From: an uncultured Pirellulales bacterium
Lineage (GTDB): Bacteria > Planctomycetota > Phycisphaerae > Sedimentisphaerales > SM23-30
Reading direction: 5' to 3'
NCBI GenBank assembly: GCA_964574885.1
Contig: CAZNQT010000061.1
Location: 1-13,918, forward strand
DNA: 13,918 bases
Shown: piece by piece, positions 7,810-13,918 of the stretch
Layout of the letters: the number at the start of each line of letters is the position of its first letter
Position numbering within the stretch: the first letter of the stretch is position 1
Notes under the pieces: generated by a model
Databases searched by the model: none
Told to the model about the DNA's origin: nothing
What the model saw: only the letters and a program-made list of their open reading frames with translations
Made by a program: the position numbers and the translations under genes

Positions 7810-8081
7810 TGAAAGCGAAGATTATTAATATGGTATGGTTACTGATCGTGTTATTTGCTTTGAATTTCATATTGCATCAGTGGGCCATACCTCACAACAC
7901 GACGGATCTGGCACTGCAGCAAATGAACGAAGATGGTTCGCGGGAACAGCTACGGGCCTGGGAGGAACTTTCCAACTGGATTACCCTGGGGTTATCGATA
8001 GCGGGATTGGCGGGGATGTTACTCATTTGGTTTAAACCCGACGCCCGGCCCTCGCCATCGGGAACAGGCTTTAGGGCTTAA
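7809..8081 (+). CDS. Small (90 aa) two-TM membrane protein translationally coupled to the SPFH gene, possibly a minimal NfeD-like partner.
   Basis: The start overlaps the SPFH stop (TAATG at 7807-7811). It has two hydrophobic helices (VWLLIVLFALNFIL and ITLGLSIAGLAGMLLIWF) flanking a ~35-aa polar loop. SPFH genes are commonly paired with small membrane partners. Confidence 0.55.
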   Translation: MKAKIINMVWLLIVLFALNFILHQWAIPHNTTDLALQQMNEDGSREQLRAWEELSNWITLGLSIAGLAGMLLIWFKPDARPSPSGTGFRA

Positions 8082-9457
8082 AGCGACCAGGGAGTTCGCA
8101 TGGGTGTGCCGAGCATACGGTTTGCCTGCTCATCGCCGATACACTGTTCCTTCTCAGCGTCCCAATGCAGTTTCCGCTGCAACTTCATGGCGATGTTGCC
8201 CAGGTGACAGACGCTCGTCGAGCGATGTCCCACTTCGATCGGCGTAATCGGTTCGTTCCCGTTCTTGATGCAATCCAGGAAATTGCGGTGATGGTCGGTA
8301 CTCTTGTAGAGGTGGATTTCACTGGGCCCGATCACGGAATCTCGTAATGATTCCGGATAGGTCTTGCAGGTTCGCCAATTCGCCTCGATCCAGCCCTCCG
8401 TCCCTTCGAACCGATGCGTGGTACTCTCCGAGCTGGTCTGGCAAATCACATCGACGCCGTTGGCGTACCCCAATCGAAAATGAACGTACGTTGCCGTCGA
8501 AAACAATCCGTCTTTGGGGAATACTCCTCCGAGATCTTCCACTACCACTGGGCCGGTTCGGTCGGTCCCCATCGCCCACTGTACGATATCGAGTACGTGC
8601 ACTCCCAGGTTGGTCGTCTGTCCGCCGCAGTGATCCCAGACGAACCGAAACGTATAATGCGTACGGTCCCGATGATAGGGCGCCCAGGGCGCCGGCCCCA
8701 GCCACATCTCGTAATCCAGCGTCTTCGGGATCGGCTGACTTTCCCAGGCGCTCGCCGCCGAGGTACGATTGTTCGGACCCACCCAGCACAGTACGCGCTG
8801 GAGTGTACCAATCCGACCGTTCCGGATCAGTTCGCAGACGTGACGGAGATGCTGATTCGCCGAACGATGATGCGTTCCGGTCTGAAACACTACACTGTGC
8901 CGTTGGACCGCCTCCGCCATGGCCCGACCTTCCGCGATGGTCAGACTCAATGGTTTTTCCCCGTAAATATGCTTACCCGCTTTCGCCGCCTGGATCGCCA
9001 GAATCGCATGCCAGTGATCCGGCGTGGCGATCATCACCGCATCGATATCCCCCCGCGACAGCAAGTCCCGAAAATCCCCGTACCCGTCGCAACCTTTGAA
9101 AGTCCCCTTACTGCGCTCGTCGGCGTAATGTTTATTCACCCGTTCCTGTGCCGGTTCGCGTCCCAGGTACCCCCCTTTGTTATACCAGTGATTGTAAATG
9201 TTTGTACCCTGTTCCGGATCGCAGACCGCTACCATTTGCACATCTTTATTGGCCAGGAAGCTCATCATATTATTCGTGCCCATGCCGCCCAAACCAATGC
9301 AGCCCATCACGATCCGATTACTGGGCGCGTTCGCGCCGAATACCGAGGAGGGCACTACATACGGCGCCGCCATTACCGATGCCGCCACCGCGCTCGAACG
9401 CTTTATGAATTCCCGCCTACTTAATTTATTCTTCTGATTGGGGAAAGGCTCGGACAT
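8078..9457 (-). CDS. Tat-exported Gfo/Idh/MocA family oxidoreductase, a periplasmic glycoside-3-dehydrogenase-like enzyme.
   Basis: Twin-arginine signal SRREFIKRSSAVAASVMAAP. The dinucleotide-binding motif is MGCIGLGGMG. The hallmark is HIYGEKPLSLT. The preferred start is the ATG at 9457, where RBS AGGAGAGG is ~9 nt upstream. The track start at 9484 is a GTG abutting that RBS. Confidence 0.9.
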   Translation of the reverse strand: MSEPFPNQKNKLSRREFIKRSSAVAASVMAAPYVVPSSVFGANAPSNRIVMGCIGLGGMGTNNMMSFLANKDVQMVAVCDPEQGTNIYNHWYNKGGYLGREPAQERVNKHYADERSKGTFKGCDGYGDFRDLLSRGDIDAVMIATPDHWHAILAIQAAKAGKHIYGEKPLSLTIAEGRAMAEAVQRHSVVFQTGTHHRSANQHLRHVCELIRNGRIGTLQRVLCWVGPNNRTSAASAWESQPIPKTLDYEMWLGPAPWAPYHRDRTHYTFRFVWDHCGGQTTNLGVHVLDIVQWAMGTDRTGPVVVEDLGGVFPKDGLFSTATYVHFRLGYANGVDVICQTSSESTTHRFEGTEGWIEANWRTCKTYPESLRDSVIGPSEIHLYKSTDHHRNFLDCIKNGNEPITPIEVGHRSTSVCHLGNIAMKLQRKLHWDAEKEQCIGDEQANRMLGTPMRTPWSL

Positions 9458-9483
9458 TATCATTCCTCTCCTGAACGATATCA

Positions 9484-9545
9484 CCCCTGCGCAGGCAGGG
9501 GTCCAGGAACATCTTTATCGACTGGATTCCCGCCTGCGCGGGAAT
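9484..9545. repeat. Two tandem GC-rich hairpins between the DUF1080 gene stop and the Tat-Gfo gene start. They look like a terminator or a recurrent palindromic motif.
   Basis: Hairpin 1 is cccctgc-gcag-gcagggg (9484-9501). Hairpin 2 is attcccgc-ctgc-gcgggaat (9526-9545). Both share the core CCTGCGC(A)GG. The spurious translation of this region reads PAQAGVQ...LDSRLRGND. Confidence 0.45.
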
Positions 9546-9572
9546 GATATATTAGTATCGTTTTGCTGTGGT

Positions 9573-10895
9573 TTATTTATCTTTCTTCACAATCGGAATC
9601 AATACGATATTACGGAATTCCATTGGGGACCCTTCCGCCTGCAGGCAGATCTTGCCGGGCGTCTCCCAGCATTCCGTCGCCGTATTTTGCAGCAAGCCGT
9701 TGACGTAGAGTTCCAGGTTACTTTTGTCCAAATTTATTTCATACTCGTTCCATTGACCGATTGGCTTTTCGTTGGATTTATGCATTTTCCCCGTATGGCG
9801 CCCGTTAGTCCGTGAGGGGTCCACCTTCATGGGGAATTTATCGATATTCCAGATATCGCCCATGGCATCGGATTGCCCCTGGGCTTCGATGGATCGAGGC
9901 CACACCTTGTCCGGGCCAACCATTCGCAGTAGTACGCCCCCATTGCCCTTGCTGATATGCCGCAACTGCATCCGCAGTACGTAATTCGTATAATCTTTGG
10001 TTGTACGGATATACCCGGTAGGTCTGCCTTTATCGACTAAAATGCCGTCTTTCACGAACCAGGCGGCGTCCTCATTTTCACTGGAAAAGGTCCAGCCGTC
10101 GAGATTCTCGCCGTTGAACAGCCGGACGGCTTTGCCGAAATGATCCGGTAACTGTTTAATCCGAATGTCCTTGAAATCTACGATCATCGGCGAGCCTGCG
10201 TGTATCTGCAGCGCCAGTACGCCTTCCAGCAGCGCCCCCTTGCGATCGTTCTTATCTTTGGGATCAACCACCCGGTCATTATCAATTAATTCCATGGTCT
10301 CATAGCCGTTGAGATATTGAATCAGATGATTCCCCCGTGCGACGATCTTATATTCATTCCAGTCTTTCAGTTTATAATAGCCGGCTTTTTTCAGGGCTTC
10401 TACGTCCGAAACTTTACCGACGACGTTCTTGTTGCCTTTTTTATCGATTTCCATGATATCGCCGACGTTGACCAGCCAGCCTCGACCACTTTCATGATAT
10501 AAAAATCCCACCTTGCCCGGTGTATCTTCCACTTCCGCCTGGTAGCCGTTAATGCGCCATTTCTCATGTTCTTTACTGCGGTACTGGATGCCTGAGTTGC
10601 CGTTTTGAATCCGGAATTTAATTTTGAGAATGAAATTCTTGAGCCGCCCGCCCCGCCAGACGCAAAAGGTATTTCCCCGCGCCGGATTTTCCGGCGTCGT
10701 CTGACCTCGAATCGCGCCATCGACGACCTTCCACAACCGCGGATCGCCGTCCCAGCCGGTCAGATCCTTGCCGTTGAAGATCCGGGTAAAGCCCGGCTCC
10801 AGTTTTTCCTCCGCTGCCTGACTCCGGCCGTTCGTGATGCCAATGACCATCCCCATCGCTAACAGCAAACCGATTTGATTCCATTTCCCATGCAT
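9573..10895 (-). CDS. Secreted protein with two tandem DUF1080 / 3-keto-disaccharide hydrolase (PF06439-like) domains.
   Basis: Signal peptide MHGKWNQIGLLLAMGMVIGITNGRSQA. Two repeats each open with the family motif (FNGKDLTGWDGD...W.V.DG and FNGENLDGWTF...WFVKDG) and close with ..Q.HaGSPM.F..I.I. or LQAEGSPMEFRNIVLI. A strong RBS GGAGGTG lies 4 nt before the ATG. Confidence 0.85.
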   Translation of the reverse strand: MHGKWNQIGLLLAMGMVIGITNGRSQAAEEKLEPGFTRIFNGKDLTGWDGDPRLWKVVDGAIRGQTTPENPARGNTFCVWRGGRLKNFILKIKFRIQNGNSGIQYRSKEHEKWRINGYQAEVEDTPGKVGFLYHESGRGWLVNVGDIMEIDKKGNKNVVGKVSDVEALKKAGYYKLKDWNEYKIVARGNHLIQYLNGYETMELIDNDRVVDPKDKNDRKGALLEGVLALQIHAGSPMIVDFKDIRIKQLPDHFGKAVRLFNGENLDGWTFSSENEDAAWFVKDGILVDKGRPTGYIRTTKDYTNYVLRMQLRHISKGNGGVLLRMVGPDKVWPRSIEAQGQSDAMGDIWNIDKFPMKVDPSRTNGRHTGKMHKSNEKPIGQWNEYEINLDKSNLELYVNGLLQNTATECWETPGKICLQAEGSPMEFRNIVLIPIVKKDK

Positions 10896-11345
10896 GATAC
10901 ACCTCCAATTACGTTAGAACCAATCTTGCCTGTTATGACATTGTCGCATCATACCCAAAACAATTCGTGTAGTCCAACTGATTCGACGTGCCACAACGGG
11001 TTATTTATGAAATAAAACTTCACCAATTCCCTCCTGGAGGCTGACCGGTATATCTCGTAAAACACCATACGTTCTGATTACAAACCTTTTGAATTTAACG
11101 CTTTACGGCGCCGGCATTGGTTGCACAGGATGATAATTGATGCCGCTCACTTATCATTATGCTGGGGCCGGCAATGCGAAAAATCCCAGCCCCGAAAAGG
11201 CTGTTTGATAATTCTCTCAACCTAACTTTTTCCGAGGAAAGCGGGAAATTGTGAATCCAACTCGCTCGGACTTGAGTATTCCCGGTCATTATGTTAGAGT
11301 ATTTGGCTCAAAAAACGTGCGTGGTACCGTGATGAGGATAGTACG

Positions 11346-12722
11346 ATGATGGAAATTAAAAACGATCTTACGCCGGCGGACCTGCTGCCGAAAATCGAAC
11401 GTATGTGGGACTTATCCGGCAGAAAAATCAAGTCGATCGAAAGCGTCTGGAAACCTGCCGATGGTTCGCCCGTGTTTACCATCCAGGGCAAATACACCGC
11501 CCAGGGCTGGACCGAGTGGACCCAGGGATTTCAATTTGGTTCTGCCATCCTGCAGTTCGACGCCACGGACGACGAGGACTTCCTGCAAATCGGTCGCGAT
11601 AAAACCTTCCAGGTCATGGCCCCCCATATCACCCACATGGGCGTACACGATCATGGTTTTAACAACGTCAGTACCTATGGCAATCTGCGCCGCTTGATGA
11701 ACGAGGCCCGCATCGAAGAAAATCAGCGGGAGCGGGATTTTTATGAACTCGCTCTCAAATGCAGCGGCGCCGTCCAGGCCCGACGCTGGACGAAGACCAA
11801 GGACGGCGGCGGATTCATCTATTCCTTCAACGGACCGCATTCCCTTTTCTGCGACACGATACGTTCCCTGCGGGCGTTGGCGGTTTCCTATATGTTGGGA
11901 CACGTGCTGATGGAAGAAATGGATAAACCGGTCTCGCTGCTGGATCGACTTTTCCAGCACGCCCGCTCCACGGCTAAATATTCCGTCTATTACGGCGAAG
12001 GCCGCGATAGCTACGACGTCTGGGGCCGTGTCGCTCATGAAAGCGTCTTCAACGTTAACGACGGCAACTACCGCTGCCCGAATTCGCAGCAGGGATTTTC
12101 GCCCTTTACCACCTGGACGCGCGGCTTGGCCTGGATCATGGCCGGATACCCCGCGCAACTGGAGTTCCTCGCTACGCTGAAAGACAGAGAGATCGAACCG
12201 TTCGGCAGACGTACCGAGATGGAAGACATCATGCTCAAAGCCGCCCAGGCCGCTTGCGATTTCTACATCGAAAACACCACGCCCGAAGGCATCCCCTATT
12301 GGGACGCCGGCGCCCCCAACCTCTACAAACTGGGAGATTATCTGAACGCCAAAGCTGATCCCTACAACGAACATGAACCGGTGGATGCTTCCGCGGCGGC
12401 GATCGGCGCCCAGGGATTGGTTCGTTTGGGATGCTACCTCGAAAATAAAGGCGACGCCGAAGACGCTAAACGCTATTTCCAGGCCGGATTAACCGTGCTC
12501 GACACCCTCCTGGACGAACCCTACCTCAGCACCGACGAGAATCATCAGGGCCTGCTGCTGCATTCCGTATATCATCGGCCTAATGGCTGGGATTACATCC
12601 CGGAAGGAAGAAAAATCCCCTGCGGCGAATCCAGCATGTGGGGCGACTACCACTTTCGCGAACTCACCCTCTACGTCCGGCGCCTGGCTAACAATATGCC
12701 CTACTATACCTTCTTCGGTTAA
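11346..12722 (+). CDS. (alpha/alpha)6-barrel protein resembling GH88/GH105 unsaturated glycuronyl / rhamnogalacturonyl hydrolases. The family assignment is tentative.
   Basis: A 458-aa cytoplasmic protein. The C-terminal motif SMWGDYHFRELTLYV resembles the conserved WGDY(Y/F)F.EAL element near the C-terminus of GH88/GH105 enzymes, as I recall it. The acidic, Trp-rich composition is typical of sugar-binding alpha-barrels. RBS GAGGA lies ~8 nt upstream of the ATG. Confidence 0.5.
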   Translation: MMEIKNDLTPADLLPKIERMWDLSGRKIKSIESVWKPADGSPVFTIQGKYTAQGWTEWTQGFQFGSAILQFDATDDEDFLQIGRDKTFQVMAPHITHMGVHDHGFNNVSTYGNLRRLMNEARIEENQRERDFYELALKCSGAVQARRWTKTKDGGGFIYSFNGPHSLFCDTIRSLRALAVSYMLGHVLMEEMDKPVSLLDRLFQHARSTAKYSVYYGEGRDSYDVWGRVAHESVFNVNDGNYRCPNSQQGFSPFTTWTRGLAWIMAGYPAQLEFLATLKDREIEPFGRRTEMEDIMLKAAQAACDFYIENTTPEGIPYWDAGAPNLYKLGDYLNAKADPYNEHEPVDASAAAIGAQGLVRLGCYLENKGDAEDAKRYFQAGLTVLDTLLDEPYLSTDENHQGLLLHSVYHRPNGWDYIPEGRKIPCGESSMWGDYHFRELTLYVRRLANNMPYYTFFG

Positions 12723-12781
12723 TCCGGGATTGTATAGATGTCATCCTGAGCGCAGCGAAGGATCTAAAATTGGCTGGGTGG

Positions 12782-12806
12782 CATGCTCAAGCGGAGCTTG
12801 AGCATG
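12782..12806 (+). terminator. Candidate intrinsic terminator downstream of the GH88-like gene.
   Basis: catgctcaagc-gga-gcttgagcatg forms an 11-bp stem with a 3-nt loop, followed by ...ttgtttta. It lies 60 nt after the stop at 12722. Confidence 0.45.
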
Positions 12807-12858
12807 AACGAATTGTTTTATACGCCATTCAATATGGAAATTTTCAGGAGTGATCATT

Positions 12859-13305
12859 GTGAATATCATCGATATCAGGAATATCGAAGGTCGCACCTAT
12901 CCGGCCCGTCGGCGCACCCGACCGCTCGTCGGTCCGGGATTGTCGATCGATACGGACAAGTTCAGTCTTGGCTACGTCGAACTGGAGCCAAACGGCGGTC
13001 AGGTCCCCTGGCACAATCAGGATCAGGTGGAAATCTATCTTCTCCTCGAAGGAACCTGCGAAATGTGCCTGGGCGCAGAAAAGCAAACTATGACCGCAGG
13101 CCAAATCATCGAAATTCCCTCCGGCGTATTCCATCAGATTACCAATATCGGCGACACTCCTGCCCGGATGATATACTGCTATTCCCCCGGCGGCGACGTC
13201 GCCCACTGGCGCCAGGAACTCACCGGCGCCCTGCCCAAGGCCGGTGACGACGCGCCTCCTTTACCTGACGGAGCTCATCCCCAATGCACGGATAAACCTG
13301 AGTAA
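12859..13305 (+). CDS. Cupin-domain (RmlC-like beta-barrel) protein.
   Basis: Cupin motifs: G(X)5HXH-like region ...PNGGQVPWHNQDQVEIYLLLEG and second motif G..IEIPSGVFHQITNIG. The ORF-track start at 12850 is a GTG overlapping the RBS CAGGAG. The GTG at 12859 with 8-nt spacing is preferred. The stop overlaps the RBS of the next gene. Confidence 0.7.
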   Translation: MNIIDIRNIEGRTYPARRRTRPLVGPGLSIDTDKFSLGYVELEPNGGQVPWHNQDQVEIYLLLEGTCEMCLGAEKQTMTAGQIIEIPSGVFHQITNIGDTPARMIYCYSPGGDVAHWRQELTGALPKAGDDAPPLPDGAHPQCTDKPE

Positions 13306-13316
13306 GGAGTAATAAT

Positions 13317-13918
13317 GACCACGCATAATATCGGCATCATCATGAACGGCGTCACCGGACGCATGGGTACGAACCAGCATCTCATTCGGTCGATTTGTGC
13401 CATCCGCGAGCAGGGCGGCGTCAGACTCGACAACGGCGATACGATCATGCCCGAACCGTTACTGCTCGGTCGTAATCCCGACAAACTCAAAGCCCTTACG
13501 GAAAAAGCCGACATCGAAAAATGGTCCACTAATTTGGACGAAGCTCTGGCCGATCCGAATTACTCCGTCTATTTCGACGCCCAGACCACCAACCGTCGCT
13601 ACGAATGTGTCAAACAGGCCATCGCCGCCGGCAAGCACATCTACTGCGAAAAACCCACCGCTGAATCCTGCGCCCATGGTATGGAACTATATCGCCTGGC
13701 GCAAGCAAAAGGGGTTAAAAGCGGCGTCGTACAAGATAAACTTTGGCTGCCGGGTTTGCTCAAACTCAGACGCCTGATCGAGTCGAATTTTTTCGGTCGT
13801 ATCATCACGATCCGCATTGAGTTCGGCTACTGGGGCTTTGAAGGCCATCGCACACCCGCCCAGCGACCGTCCTGGAATTTCCGCAAGGAAGACGGCGGCG
13901 GCATTATCGTCGATATTC
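13317..13918 (+). CDS. Gfo/Idh/MocA family oxidoreductase, 5' part only. It runs off the 3' end of the window and is absent from the ORF track because there is no stop in the window.
   Basis: ATG at 13317 with RBS AAGGAG (13303-13308) overlapping the cupin stop TAA. Translation MTTHNIGIIMNGVTGRMGTNQH...AIAAGKHIYCEKPTAES contains the EKP hallmark. The frame stays open to 13918. Confidence 0.85.

Noticed and set aside
8414-9424. 336-aa ORF on the + strand, antisense to the Tat-exported Gfo/Idh/MocA gene. The overlapping 8347..9099 250-aa ORF and the 8319..8789 and 8542..8811 ORFs were considered with it.
   Set aside because: Their compositions are rich in Arg, Pro and Ser and low in complexity. 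They have no RBS and lie entirely inside a strongly supported gene on the other strand. This is the typical antisense open frame of GC-rich coding DNA.
10987-10993. Perfect TGGCACG heptamer on the minus strand ~92 bp upstream of the DUF1080 gene, a possible sigma-54 -24 box.
   Set aside because: The corresponding -12 position reads aTCAg and lacks the near-invariant GC, so it is not a credible sigma-54 promoter.
11095-11497. ORFs 11095..11289 (-) and 11294..11497 (-) in the 450-bp intergenic region upstream of the GH88-like gene.
   Set aside because: There is no Shine-Dalgarno upstream of either one. The second overlaps the GH88-like start. Neither has domain-like features.
11412-12374. 320-aa ORF antisense to the GH88-like gene.
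   Set aside because: It is the same artefact. It is Gly/Arg-rich with no recognisable domain and is fully nested in a well-supported sense gene.
12783-13247. 154-aa ORF overlapping the cupin gene in another frame.
   Set aside because: Its composition is Arg-rich (RRSGPLAQSGSGGNLSSPRRNLRNVPGRRK...). Its start sits inside the terminator-like hairpin. The cupin frame has clear family motifs and an RBS.
1-13918. Searched for a CRISPR array, tRNA or rRNA genes, and integrase or transposase genes.
   Set aside because: There are no regularly spaced direct repeats, no cloverleaf-like conserved tRNA motifs and no recombinase-like ORFs. The window is metabolic and regulatory, not a mobile or defence island by these criteria.

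Overview
This 13.9 kb window is densely coding, with 12 supported CDS on both strands. The gene content suggests a carbohydrate-degrading bacterium of the Planctomycetota/Verrucomicrobiota/Bacteroidota type, but the phylum cannot be fixed from sequence alone. The window looks like a periplasm-oriented '3-keto-glycoside' sugar catabolic locus. It holds a 5'-partial ThuA-like gene (1-380), a cytoplasmic Gfo/Idh/MocA oxidoreductase (2622-3662), a Tat-exported Gfo/Idh/MocA (8078-9457, -), and a second cytoplasmic one that runs off the 3' end (13317->13918). It also holds a secreted protein made of two tandem DUF1080 / 3-keto-disaccharide-hydrolase domains (9573-10895, -), an oversized enolase-superfamily protein (3677-5083), a GH88/GH105-like unsaturated-glycuronyl-hydrolase-fold protein (11346-12722) and a cupin (12859-13305). 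The first operon (767-5083) opens with a divergent Nramp-fold transporter. Its homology to MntH in TM1 and TM6 is clear, but every canonical metal-ligand position is substituted and it carries a ~140-aa hydrophilic insertion between TM7 and TM8. Embedded in the sugar locus is a lower-GC-looking module. It consists of an NtrC-type sigma-54 enhancer-binding response regulator (5127-6497, -) transcribed divergently from a near-consensus sigma-54 promoter (TGGCATG-N4-TTGC, 6695-6710). That promoter drives an SPFH/Band-7 lipoprotein (6781-7809) translationally coupled (TAATG) to a 90-aa two-TM protein (7809-8081). This arrangement resembles the PspF-pspA membrane-stress logic but with an SPFH effector. 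Non-coding highlights are a symmetric ~165-bp element in the leader of the Nramp-like operon and several GC-rich hairpin motifs downstream of genes. The leader element has perfect 25-bp inverted repeats that enclose two 16-bp hairpins. No rRNA, tRNA or CRISPR was seen, and no transposase-encoding element. All long antisense ORFs in the six-frame track look like GC-driven artefacts.
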